Assembly: GCF_004010195.1 (NCBI RefSeq)
Contig: NC_057718.1
Span: forward strand, 26,311,026 to 26,331,025
Reading direction: 5' to 3'
DNA: 20,000 nt
DNA from: Chiloscyllium plagiosum
Lineage: Eukaryota
Shown: piece after piece, positions 1 to 11,189 of the stretch
Layout: every line of letters begins with the position of its first letter
Position numbering within the stretch: the first letter of the stretch is position 1
The notes under the pieces: model-generated
Databases searched by the model: none
What the model was told of the DNA's origin: nothing
Seen by the model: the letters and a program-made list of their open reading frames with translations, nothing else
Made by a program: the position numbers and the translations under genes

Positions 1-37
1 CTGATATGCTGTGCTTTACCTGCGCCTCACTTTTCAA

Positions 38-201
38 CACTGGTCTGGCTTCTCCAGAGCCAGCTCTCAGTGAACAGAACCTCTAACACTCCTGTTCATG
101 CCTGTCAGCCAGGGCTCTCTGATTGGACCAGATTAACAGCCCCAATCTAGGAACACATCTTCTACGAGGTCCGCCTGGCTGACTCCACTACAAACACTAC
201 A
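38..201 (-). repeat. 3' LTR (partial; distal end lost or interrupted near the window edge)
   Basis: Begins TGTAGTG on the minus strand at 201, immediately after the PPT, and aligns to ~1766-1930. Bases 1-37 resemble the PLE family B tail instead. Confidence 0.8.
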
Positions 202-214
202 TCCCTTTCCCTCT
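202..214 (-). other. Polypurine tract (PPT)
   Basis: AGAGGGAAAGGGA directly 5' of the LTR-initial TGTAG on the minus strand. Confidence 0.8.
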
Positions 215-425
215 AAGTCCAGGAGCTTAGGCCTGTTGTATTTCTTGTAGCTTCTCCTGGGGCATTTTTACACTGGGTTGGCTTCCTCCGACTCAGCCTC
301 AGGTCTGGGTAGTGTGTCACCACTTGAGCACAGAACAGAGCATCTTGGAAGACATTCATCCTCGTTTTCAGGCAGTAAAGGGCTGCAACATCCGTCATGT
401 CCATCTCAGACTCTGAGAAGGGTTC

Positions 426-552
426 CTGAAAAGGGTTCCTTTTGCCCGAAATGTCGATTTCCCTGCTCCTCGCCTTCTGTCTGACCTGCTATGCTTTTCC
501 AGCAGCACACTTTCAACTCTAATCTCCAGCATCTGCAGTCCTTACTTTTGCC
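426..552 (+). mobile_element. Penelope-like element terminal fragment (family B) with decayed hammerhead motif, inserted into the Gypsy element
   Basis: Homologous to 17325-17435 (gcccgaaa.gtcgatt..ctgacctgct..gcttttccagca..atctccagcatctgcag..). Flanked by aagggttc (418-425) and atgggttc (553-560), a probable TSD. Confidence 0.8.
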
Positions 553-609
553 ATGGGTTCAGACAGCCTTTCCGACTGTTCTAAGGAGACAGGTATGTTT
601 TGCTGCTGT

Positions 610-1254
610 CCCATTTGCAAGTTAGCAGCTTTCATGTCGTCCATGTGCTTATTCAGGATCGCTTCACTCACCCGAACATTGTACATCATGGGACCTGACC
701 TCACCTGGTCATGCCTCTTACCCAACCAGGGCCATTTCCATGGTTTCAGAATTTGTCCCCTGAAGTAAAGCGCCTCTCACAAGAGTCTTGTCTTTGACAT
801 TACCGTTCCTGCTGCTATTTCACTACCCCCACCCTCACCAACCCCTCACCAGGTCCGGGAGGATTAGATTTAACCTGGTGTGGAGTGTCCTACTCATTAG
901 CAACTCAGCTGGGACTACTTCGTAGTTGCATGAGGGATGTTCTAACAAGCAGATAGGAACCAGGACACTTTGGTATTGAGTGAAGCTGTAGACTATTTCT
1001 GTAAGCCTGCCTTCAAAGGCTGGACTGCTCTTTCTGCCAGACCATTAGACAATGGATGGTATGGTGCTGTCCTTACATGCCGAATGCTCTTCGACTTTAG
1101 GAAAAAAATCAAATTCCCTGCTGGTGAATGATGGCCGATTGTCTGTGACCAGCACTTATGGGACCCCGAATTTTACAGAATAGTTCACAACTTTTTTGCC
1201 ATTGTCCCCATGTTCGACAAATGAACTCTGCATGTCCAACCACTTTGAGTGGGC
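610..1254 (-). pseudogene. Gypsy integrase relic (rve core + C-terminal region)
   Basis: Minus-strand translation with stops and frameshifts: AHSKWLDM..VLVTDNRPSFTSREF..IRHVRTAPYHPLSNGLAERAVQPLKAGL..PAELLMSRTLHTRLNLILPDL..SGPMMYNVRV..NKHMDDMK, matching the DNGxxF...PYHPxSNGLAER integrase motifs. Confidence 0.9.
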
Positions 1255-1680
1255 TTTCCAGGGTGTGCATTCTCTTGGATACCAGCCTGAGTTCTCTTAC
1301 TCAGTTTAGGTCTAGAGGGACCCTTTTGCTGTCTCGAGTCCACATAGTGCCAGCAAATACAGTGGCTTGCTGGCCCGGATCCTGAAGAAAATGTCAACCT
1401 TCTGACCGAGGCTTATTGTTGTTAGGGATTTTCCTGTGGGCTGACTTAGAGTCCCTCTGTTCAGGATATATCCTGAGTGAGGCTATGCAATTGCCTTCAC
1501 TCAAATGGTGCTCCCCAAGCTAAGTCGCCTGGGCAAGGGTGTCCACTTTCTTCAGCATACCCTGTAACTTCCTTACTCCACTTGCTGCATTTTCCAATGA
1601 CAAATCCAGTTGGAGTGTCTGTTTGAAGTCCAGTTGGGCTTCAGCTACTGGGTGCTTTTTGCATGGTTACATTATTAACC
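1255..1680 (-). pseudogene. Gypsy gag relic
   Basis: Minus strand gives NNVTMQK..AEAQLDFKQTLQLDLSLENAASG, resembling the 'MQKRLLAE..LDFKxAL' segment of K02A2.6-like Gypsy gag. Confidence 0.65.
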
Positions 1681-1696
1681 CCACTCTTGTTGGCAC
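1681..1696 (-). other. Degenerate primer-binding site
   Basis: GTGCCAACAAGAGTGG right after the LTR-terminal CA; resembles the TGGCGACGAG PBS of fish Gypsy elements after CpG decay. Confidence 0.55.
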
Positions 1697-1930
1697 TGAA
1701 ATAACTCCGCAAAGGCTGGTATCCCTTCACTGAGTTGCCTTTTATTTACACATGCATAGTACTTGACACTGGTCCAGCTTCCTCAGAGTCAGTTCAGAGT
1801 GAACAGAATCTCTGAAACTCCTGTTTCTATCTGTCAGTCAGTGGTCCCGGATTGGACCAGGTTAACAGCCCCAATCAGGGAACTCATATTTTAAGCTGTC
1901 CACCTGGATGACCTCGTTCCAATCACTACG
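1697..1930 (-). repeat. 5' LTR (~234 bp)
   Basis: Minus strand reads (C/T)GTAGTGATTGG...AATAAAAGG...GAGTTATTTCA. It contains an AATAAA and is homologous to 38-201 and 16736-16968. Confidence 0.85.
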
Positions 1931-2812
1931 CTGGCCACTAGGTGTCTGCCTCCAGGCAATTGAACTGTCCTCTGTCACATCAGGAAACTACTCTGTTGGC
2001 CTCCTTAGTTACTGGTTAACAGGACTCTTCTCAATAAGCCCAATCACTGCCCACTTTGTCGGGCTGGCAGGCCTGTCCTGGCCAAAATGGCCGGTGCTCA
2101 GAACAAAGTTGGCAACAGAGTCATGAAACTTTCTGGTCCAGCCCACCTTCATTTTCAACCCAGCGGGTCTGAAATTTTCAGCTCAAAGTGTCTTTGTTTA
2201 CAGAATATACACATTGATACTATGTTTGGAGAGGTCATATTTTATCACTTACATTAAAAGCCCTGTTCCCAGAACAGGGCAAAAGAAGAACTGATTTGCG
2301 AGACTTGTAGTTTAATTGGATCTATGGGGAATAAGGGTTTAGCAGGCTTACAGCGGAACTGGAGCTGAATACAAATCTTGATAAGGCAATGCATGTAATA
2401 TTAATGCATGATGTACACTAGGAATTCAAAATGCTCATACAAGTCAAATTTACACCAGTGTCATTTTGACATTCTTTGATAAAATGCTGCTTTGATCTTG
2501 AATTATACATTAAATGCAGAGTCTACATGTACACTGACAAAATTTCAGAATGCATGTTTTCCAACTGGCAATTTCAAGGTGAAATGGAAAATATTTTAAA
2601 TTGTGGGACATGAGAGATTTATAAAAATTTACAGAATCATAAACAAGTACCGAAATTATTGTAGTTTTTTTTATAACCAGGGCACAAAGAAAATATCCTT
2701 ATAAAAAGGACACATGTTTCTATCACTTTATTACCAAGGTTAAAAGCTGCACTTTTTAAAAACCCTTCTTGGTTTGGACAATAGTGGAGTTGTGCCAGTA
2801 GTTTAGCATTAC

Positions 2813-2869
2813 CCTTTTGCTGTCTGTGGCAATCTATGTCTGTCTGAAGGCCTGTAATTGGAATCGAAG
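2813..2869 (-). CDS. Candidate internal exon (57 nt), unidentified gene
   Basis: Long pyrimidine tract then ...cacttaatgttacag acceptor; AGG|GTAATG donor; open in phase 1 (SIPITGLQTDIDCHRQQK). Confidence 0.25.
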
Positions 2870-3659
2870 CTGTAACATTAAGTGAATGTCAAAGCAGAGA
2901 AGAAAATAAAATAAAAACATTAAGATACAGTTCATCTGCGTAGGCTATTCAAAAGCTGCTATCTGCTACCTTATGTGTCGTCACAGTGCCTGAAGGAGAT
3001 GGGTGAAAATGAGAGCAAAAAGAATACAAAGAAGGAACAGGACTTCGAAAGAAAAACAAGAAAGACAGAATAAATAAAAATAAAACAGGACAGTTGCTGG
3101 AGGCCAATCATTTCAGCCCTAGAATATCACTACATGAATTCTTCAGGGCTATATGCTCAGCTTAACACTCTTCAGCAGCTTGTCCAATGCCCTTTGCTGC
3201 ATTATAAACGCAGGCTCGCTGAAGATTGCATAATGTTTTATTTCATTTGCAATTAGTCTGGTAATAAAGTTGGCCATACCTGCATGCAGAGAGACCTTGC
3301 AGGTTATTTTATCTCTTTCCTGGATTTGGAGACTGAGAATTAGGATTGACATAATTGCACTGTAATGTCCAACATCTTTATGAAGATTTTTTAACAGATC
3401 AGTTTCAATGAAATCATCCAGATACTCTTCAAGTGATCTTGATCTTTGACCAACATCATCTTACTTGGTACACTGGCATTCTTCTTGCCAATACCTGTCA
3501 TCTGCCTTCTTTTTTCAAGCAATCCCCATTGATATACAATGTCTGTCTTCGTTTTGACCTCTGCTGTAAAGATTTTCTTTTGAGATTTATGCACAGAACA
3601 GTTTTTGAAAGAACTCACAAATAACCTTCTTCTGCATATAGATTGGTTAGACTAGGTCA

Positions 3660-3810
3660 GATGAGATTTTATTGTCAAGTGAAGCCAAGTACAGGGGCAT
3701 AATGAAAAATGTACAATCGCTATTCTGTGGCACCATTTTAGAATTAAAAACGAGAGCCGAAGTTAAAGAAACAGAAACGGAAGGAAACTAAAATGTCCAG
3801 ATCACCCTCG
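3660..3810 (-). mobile_element. Old unclassified retroposon 3' end
   Basis: Reverse complement shares the skeleton atgg..cca.ag..gc..tgtaca..tttt..acaataaa..atc with 12817-12897. Confidence 0.35.
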
Positions 3811-4169
3811 TTGTTGCACTGTCTGTTAGTATGCTTACTGCTTGGTTATTGTATTCCCAAATTGTCTTCTGTTGGCTTAGTTATATAAGGACTTATTCCA
3901 GTCCCACTGTGATTACTGATCTGGTTTCAATCATCCTCCACAGATTTCAACAAGTTTCTTGTGATTAACAGTTCTGTTTAATTCAAATTCTTATATTCAA
4001 TTCAGTACTATCATTGCAGTTAACAAGTATTGATGTAATTAGCAAGTATTGCATCCATCCAAGTTTCACATAACAGTTCTGAATTCATAGCCAGTCCATT
4101 AAAACTTTGCATGCAAGCTTGACAATATCAAGGTTTGTCTTAATGTGTGGCTCAAACATTATTTGCCAG

Positions 4170-4810
4170 ATAGTGACATACTCCAAAAAAAAGCAGCATT
4201 TAACTCCCTCCCTTTGACACACTGTGGCAATGCCATTGCTCCACCATCAACATTGACCAGACTGAACCAGTCCCATGAACTTTATACCTAATGAAACAGG
4301 TTAGAGGCCTGGTATTCCACAGCGAGTGATTCATTCCCTGCCTCCTCAACGCTTTTTCCTGAATATTGAGAAAGAGGTTGGGAAGAATTCAATCAGACTC
4401 CCATTTGTTTGAATGGATACAGGAGCAACAAAACTCAAGATGCTCAGAACCATCCAGGACAAAATGTTTGAAAGATGCCCATCTCCCCTTCATGCACCAT
4501 GGCTATGGTCTGTGCTGGTAACCAACTGCCCTGCAGCAGTTCACCAAGGCCCCTTCAATATCACTTCCCAAGCTCACAAGCTATGATACCTAAAAGGACA
4601 AGGGTACCAAGGCACAGCCAAGTTCCTACCCAAAATATACATTGGCCCATCTTGTACATATATTTCTGTCACAGGGTCAGTATCCTAGAATTCCCCACTT
4701 TTTTGCATTGCAGGAGCACCCTGAATGCACAAACTGCAACAATTCAAGGGGAAAGATCAATCAAGGTGAGCTTAGCATTTGACCACTGTCCATGTGTTGA
4801 AAATGAATTA
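4170..4810 (+). mobile_element. Heavily decayed CR1-group LINE 3' region
   Basis: Recognisable LINE ORF2 C-terminal remnants (catcaacattgaccagactgaac; caggttagaggcctggtatt; actcaagatgctcagaaccatccaggacaaa; acctaaaaggacaaggg). Related sequence at 19466-19583 in the opposite orientation. Confidence 0.65.
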
Positions 4811-5555
4811 GTGAAAAGGGTCAGTAGAGGTAAAACAGTGAAAGAATAAATCCACCCAAGAGCAGGGGCATCTAACATGTAAGGAATACAGATGCAAAAA
4901 AACTTCAAACTGGTTTCTAAGGACTACTTAAAAAATGAGACACGCTTCTCTTACCCAGTTTATGACTCATGATTGTCATAACTTTAAATTTCATATTCCC
5001 TTTGCATTCAGTCGCAACATTGTGGCATTTGACTATTTGGAACATAGTAAGAATAGAACAAAACTGCTCCAATCTGTTTTAAAATTTTCTGTCTCATTAT
5101 TCAACATTTGTAAGCGCAAATACTGTCAAGAGACACATGCTACTATGGAGGCTTCTGTTTGAGGTACAGATCTTCCACAATCTATTGCTTTATTAATGCA
5201 TGAATTACTTTAACACCTTCCACCTTCAGGAGTTCACAGCTTCTGAAATTTAAGGGTGCACTGATATGAAGCACCTTAAATCTGCTATGAGGAAGATAAT
5301 GACTCATTTGAGGCGATGGAGAGAGTTGCTGTGATATCGACTCTGAACACTTTGTAGATTTTGAGTAGAAAATAGCTTACTGGTTGCAGCTGGAAAATTC
5401 CTTTCATACTGCTTAGAGGACAGTTGTAGGTGGAATAATATCCATGTTTTCAGGGTCTCATTTAACACTTATCAAGACTATTGATGTAAAGATTTAGCAC
5501 TTGACATCAGATTATGTGAATCATAGTTAACCCTAAATTCACTTCATTGTTGCAG

Positions 5556-5701
5556 ATGTATAGTGATCCAGTCTTTAACCAAAGACAGAATCCTCTCCCA
5601 AACCACCGAAAAGCTTCTGATCAACTGGGAGAGGATCTGCCTCTATTTTTAAGAAAGTCTGCAGAATTTAGTCAGAATTATGGCTGCTTTAATGAAATCA
5701 A
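5556..5701 (+). CDS. Candidate exon (146 nt), unidentified gene
   Basis: Acceptor ttcacttcattgttgcag|, donor AA|gtaagt, non-repetitive context. Only one open frame: MYSDPVFNQRQNPLPNHRKASDQLGEDLPLFLRKSAEFSQNYGCFNEI + 2 nt. Confidence 0.45.
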
Positions 5702-6419
5702 GTAAGTACTGACAAAAAATCCATTGATATTCCATGCTTTGAAATTGTAGAAGTCTAAACAAACTTCACAACTCAGGGGGCAATACGGGGAAAAAGCATT
5801 CACCCCTCAAAAAGTAATATTTAAAAACAAAGCAATTTGTTACGTGGACTATCCACATCACGATAATCACACTTGCATTTCATTTCGCTCCCCTCCCAAT
5901 CATAACTCCCTTTCCTCTCTCTAATTCTTTGTTGCCTGTGATCATTTTTTTTCTGGTTAATTTAATGAGCAAGTGATTGTCAGTGAATATACTACATATT
6001 CTGAAATGCATTTCCAATATTTGAACTGGATGTCAGGCTCAGTAAAGGCAAAACATTTATGCCGCAATAAATGCACGTCCCATTAGGGTTGAGTTTTCCT
6101 GTATGCACGGATATCTAGTTATTTCTGTACATCTTTTACAACTAAAGGGGAAAGGAAGAGTCAGATGTTAAAATTCATATGTTTTGGAGTCCACCAAATG
6201 CAGTCTCTGTGCAAGAGGGAGATATTTTGCCTGCATTTAATATCTACAATTGGAATAATGACTGGAAGATGTCATCTGACAGAAATCCATAAATGATAAT
6301 CTATATAAAACAAAATTATGGCAAGCATTTTGCTTTTAAGAGAGCTTATTATGTTTGAAGGTACTGTGCTGACCCATCAGCTCACTCTGACTCTTTTCTG
6401 TTGAAGATTTTCTCGCAGC

Positions 6420-6610
6420 ATCATAGCGCCGTTTTGGCACAGAAGGAGGCCAAATCAACCCATCAAATCCATGCCAGTTCTCTGTTGGGCAAGCCTGTGA
6501 GCCCCATTCTCCCACTTCACTTGTGTGGCCCCACACAAGTTTGTTTCACTAAAGTGTCAATCCAATTTATTCATGACGTTGATGATCATCTCTGTTTCCA
6601 TCCACCTAAC
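6420..6610 (-). mobile_element. CR1/HER1-type LINE 3' end fragment
   Basis: ggcacagaaggaggcca..cccatc.a.tccatgccag.tctctg is the reverse complement of a typical shark CR1 3' terminus. Confidence 0.65.
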
Positions 6611-7315
6611 ATGGACTTTAATTGCATTATGATCCCAACTGATGGTGATAATGTACAGGTCAAATCTCAGTGTGAAACATGACTTGATAGGCCATTAGTT
6701 TTAATCCTGCAATTAGTTGGCCATGGTAGTCATGAGTATATTCACAAGAGGCTGCCAATGTACTTTTAACAAAATAAAATTAATGTCACTAAAACATAAA
6801 AGGGAAAAAGAACACAAACTATCCTACATTATCTAAAAACTATTTAAAATTATTTTACTAAAAAATCATGAAGAAAAATTAAACTCTTTTGCCCTTACAA
6901 ATACTTAAATCTCGACGAATAGTCAGCTTATTTCCACTTTAAAGTGTCTTAATAAGCCAACATGACTGTAATTGGTCTCTTTCTGGCAAATGGGCAAATA
7001 TCTGCATTCGCTTCATACTTGTTTCTTTAGTTAATGTCTCTTGCTGTGAACATTTCAGAAATGTCTCTCTCTCCCTCAATTATAGAATCTCCTATAATGA
7101 TGGCATTTCTACACCTTGCTGTTTTGTCCTATACGGTCCCTCTAGCATTGGCGCCATGATTTGGAATGCAATCCTTCAAGATGTTGACATTCCCGGCAAT
7201 CTCCAGTGCCAAGTGCTAGTTTGAGAACGGTGGAAACCCTGAACTGATACTGATTGCCCTTCCCTGGTTTTTGGATGTGACCCATCCTGAACTTATGCTT
7301 TCAGTTGGGTGGTCA

Positions 7316-7447
7316 ACACTTGGTGAAGGAGCAGCGCTCTGTTAGCTAGTACTTTCAAATAAACCTGTTGCACTATAAACTTGTTTTGTGTGATTTTTAA
7401 CTTTGTCCACCCCAGTCCAACACCAGCACCTTCACATCATGACCACC
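7316..7447 (+). mobile_element. Penelope-like terminal fragment (family A), hammerhead core mutated
   Basis: Aligns with 9756-9864 (gaaggagcagcgctctg..ctagt..aaacctg..gtgtgattt.taactttgt.caccccagtccaacacc). Confidence 0.85.
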
Positions 7448-9492
7448 TGGTATTTTTGATCCAGGAATTGCTAATTCTTCCTGGTGCTCCTCATTGAATC
7501 TAGCTCCCCCTCAAGCTTGGATATTCTCAACTTAAGCTCAAGCAACTGCAAATGTTTCCTGCACATGTAGGACTCATGAAGTGGACTGAACTCCCCATAT
7601 GGCACAGGAAATCCAAACAACAGATGTTAACTTCTCTCGGTAAAGAAAATCTGAATTGAAAGGAAAACATGACTGCAGCAAATCTTATTGAAAGGAAGTT
7701 TACCATTGTAAATGCAATTACCTTCTGTGCTACCGGCTTTGTTTTTTTTTTGTATTGAATCCAAATCAAAAATAATTAAAACATGGAGTATGTTTTGAGG
7801 AACAAGATTCCCACTTTATCCAAGAAACTAACTTTTTGATAAAGGTTTTGTTCCTCCTGTTCCAATCACTAATGAAGAGACAGGATAAATATGGTGAATT
7901 GGTAGATTGTCTTTTGACTTTTAGATACTGGGATTGTTAGGACAGAATGTTAGTACACAATATTCTTTCCTTGTTCAGTGGCTTAACTTGTCCGTAGTGG
8001 GGTTAAGGTATGGCATTAGGAGATTGTCACTTCTACTATGACCTGGATGAGTTTTGTTGACTAATGATGCACGTTTCAGCTCAATTCTCATGCAAGCAAG
8101 TTGCAGCATGAGTTAAATGATGAGTCACAAGGGGACAGTGGGCAGGAAGCTGTCAATTCTACTTGGGGGATGTTCTGGGGTCAAAGGTTCTGGTGTCGTG
8201 TTTAAAGGACAACCAAACTCCCTTTCACCCAATGCAAGCCGAGAACACTGGAGGAGTCTGTGTTGGTCGCCATCAACCACTCTGCATTTTAATAAGCAGA
8301 AAATGGTCCCAATATTCAGCAAAGGCTTGTGACAATCTCTTGTCTAAGTGACCTGGGAAAGAAGGGAATTTTTCCCTGAGAATGGTGGTAGGCAACCCTT
8401 CCCATCAGATCCCAGCAGCTTGGAGTGAGTTTGAGGCACAGTTCAGCATCAGTGGACTGACTATAAGACTCAGATCCAATGTGGGAAAAGGATGAATAAT
8501 CTCCTGCACTCTCTAAGAATAAGTGGCACCATCTACTCATTGCACATGCACACTCAGAGGGCCATTCTTTAGTCTCAATATATGACACAGTGCGATCACC
8601 AAATGGTGAACCCTGAATCAGCTGTCTAAGGAAGTGATGTAGAAATGTGGTTGGGACGACAGGTTCATGAGAAAAAGTTAATTTCCTAAATTGAGGTATA
8701 TGTGGCTAAATATTCTCAGTATGTAAAGCAGGGTAATGTCTAACTGAGATGTAAATCTCTGTGTCCTACAGTGAGAATAGGAGGAAAGTGCACTTCTGCA
8801 GTCCATAGTAATGGTTAAATAGTCACTGAGGATGTTTAGCCATTGCAAGGATACAGTCAGTGTTCATAACATTGTGCAGGAGTGTAGGAATAATGAGGGA
8901 ACAAGATGACTGGCATTAATTAAGATGTGAGAGTAATCTCCAGGTTGACTGTTCCTTATTCTACCTCCTTTTTTCTTGAGGCAAGGTCCACAACCCTGAT
9001 ACCCTTCAGAAAACCCCTGTTCACAGGGGTATGCAGTGCAATTGCAACAGTTTTAAGCAATTAACAGAAAGGTTAGATTGGTTTACGGATTTTCCTGTTA
9101 AAAATAGACAATCACATTGGAAACAGTTTGCAATTATAAACTTAGCTTTTGTCATATCAAGGTATTGGTGTAATAAACAATCAGCATGCACAACCACAGC
9201 TAGACTGGCAGGCAGTTAGAATCACAGCATTGTATGCACAGCACCTGTGGTCCTTAAAGGTGAAATTGCTTAAAGTCAAAGTACATTTAAAACATTCTCC
9301 TCATTCTCAAAAGAAAGTTGAACAATTTACAAGAACAAGTGAAATTATCAGTCTCTAACATGTAAATGGTTTTCTCATATGTCCAGATAAGATGGTGACT
9401 TTATCTAAATGTGCTGTTGATTTCACAGGCATCAAGTACATTGTTACAAATCACACAACACCAAGTTATAGTCCAACAGGTTTAATTGGAAG

Positions 9493-9527
9493 CACTAGCT
9501 TTCAGAGCGCCGCTCCTTCATCAGGTG
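9493..9527 (-). ncRNA. Minimal type I hammerhead ribozyme (core intact)
   Basis: CAC-CUGAUGA-A-GGAGC-GGC-GCUCU-GAAA-GC-UA-GUG: conserved CUGANGA, GAAA and UH boxes, stem II GGAGC/GCUCU, stem I CAC/GUG, palindromic AGCU mini stem III. Confidence 0.8.
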
Positions 9528-9755
9528 GTTGTGGAGAACACAATTGTAAGACACAGAATTTATAGCAAAAATTTACAGTGTGATGTAACTGAAATTATAC
9601 ATTGAATAATACCTTAGTTGTCTGTTGAGTCATCTAATAGAACAGATGAAAGACTCAACAGACAATCAAGGTATTTTTCAATGTATAATTTCACTTACAT
9701 CACACTGTAAATTTTTGCTATAAATTCTGTGTCTTACAATTGTGTCCTCCACAAT

Positions 9756-9790
9756 CACCTGATGAAGGAGCAGCGCTCTGAAAACTAGTG
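9756..9790 (+). ncRNA. Minimal hammerhead ribozyme, second arm copy (stem III G>A)
   Basis: CAC-CTGATGA-A-GGAGC-AGC-GCTCT-GAAA-AC-TA-GTG. Confidence 0.65.
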
Positions 9791-10047
9791 TGCTTCCAAT
9801 TAAACCTGGTGTTGTGTGATTTGTAACTTTGTACACCCCAGTCCAACACCGGCATCTCCAGATCAATTACATTGTTTGTCTCTTCTAATTATGCTATTAA
9901 GTTTTCGTTCTTTTCCTTCTGGTTTTATTGGAAGCCTAGAATCCTTTCAACTGCTATTTCAGTGGCCATTTGGTTTCCTCTGCATCCTGTTTGAATTAAC
10001 TTGTGAGATCATCATTGTTTGCATTTATTTCTGAAATGACTATCTCG

Positions 10048-10665
10048 TGTCACAAAGTTGGTCCCCTTCTTTCTAAAAGCTGTTCCTTTTCTCAAGGATA
10101 CTGTGTCTTTGATTATTTTCAGAGGGGTCGTAAATGGGTCGGGCTCCGATTAGACTAGTTTGGTACAGAGATGAAAAGGATTTTGAGAGGTGTTTTGTTT
10201 ATATGTAAACAGATGAGACTTCAGGCCAAAGCCATCATGTTTTAGAGGTGCCCTGTATAATGGAAGGGGAGTGGTCAGCTCTCTAGCTGAGCAGTTCAAA
10301 CCAGAACCAGTGAGGAGATCAGCTGTGTGGAAGCAGGCTCTCTTTCTCTCTGCCCTTCTAACTTAAACCTGTAAGCACCTGTTCCATTTGTACAGTTTTT
10401 TTAAGGGGACTGTTGTGTATATTTGGTACAGCATAATTAAGTCTAGTTTGGAGAGACTGAGTTCTGTAGGGGTTCTTTATTCTGTCCCTTGTGTTTCATT
10501 GTGTAATTTTGTGAATAAATTTCCGTCTGTTTTAAAACCTAGTAGTCAACCTAGCTAACTTACTCCGGGTAATTTTCACTGTACATTTATCAAAACAAAT
10601 TGCAAAGTTATGTTCTGGGTTGCCCGCTCAAGAATGTTTTGAGTGGTCTGGCCTAGCCCATAACG
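10048..10665 (+). mobile_element. Probable solo LTR (~620 bp)
   Basis: Starts TGTCAC and ends ATAACG (decayed ...ACA). AATAAA at 10514-10519 after a GT-rich stretch; no coding remnants; no clear TSD. Confidence 0.55.
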
Positions 10666-11189
10666 CATGGATTATTTATAGCTCCTTATTGCCTCTGCTA
10701 TGTATCTCCATCTAGTTTTGCAGGTCTGTCATTTCATCTAACTTTACTTTCTGCTCACCAATTTTTCTATAGCAGCACCTGTTGAGCTTGATTCATTTTA
10801 CATGCAAGTCACTCCAGATCTTCCTGTAGACTGGCAATCTTCTCATTGGATTGATGATGCAGCTCATTTGTTTCCTTTCTCTTGCAGCTCTTCATTCGTT
10901 GTTGGGCTGAGTAGAGGTATACCTCTAAAACATTTCTGAGATGGTGTACTTACATTCACAGGCTTTATCCTGTGCTAACTATTCAGCCTTTTCATTTTCA
11001 ACATGTGTTTTTTTTTAGTCCACAGGCGAGAGCTGAGATTTTAGGTCCATTAATTCAGAAGGTGAACTGCTCCAATTTTTTTTATACTCAGTTCTGCAAC
11101 TGTTCCTAGAATAGTTTGTTGCAGTTTCTGTTGTGTTTCTGACATGTGACTGATTTCTTGTTTGTGACTAATCATGTAATGCTGGAATA

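Larger units (their letters stand above)
38..1930 (-). mobile_element. Internally deleted, degenerate Ty3/Gypsy LTR retrotransposon
   Basis: Diverged direct repeats at 38-201 and 1697-1930 (shared ...gtgaacagaa..ctcctgtt..gattggaccag.ttaacagccccaatc..cactac). PBS-like GTGCCAACAAGAG next to the 5' LTR, polypurine tract next to the 3' LTR, and gag and integrase relics between them. Confidence 0.9.
9443..9864. mobile_element. Fold-back Penelope-like insertion (family A): ~180-bp inverted arms plus one-sided tail
   Basis: Arm 9443-9631 is the near-perfect reverse complement of 9652-9827. TSD-like atcaagtacatt (9431-9442) and atcaattacatt (9862-9873). Confidence 0.9.

Noticed and set aside
4475..4849. 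124-aa ORF
   Set aside because: It lies within a decayed LINE 3' region and has no recognisable domain.
5248..5281. Short hairpin atttaagggtgc...gcaccttaaat (also a 10-bp IR at 6519-6540 and an 8-bp IR at 9013-9030)
   Set aside because: Short and isolated, compatible with chance or local template switching; no functional context.
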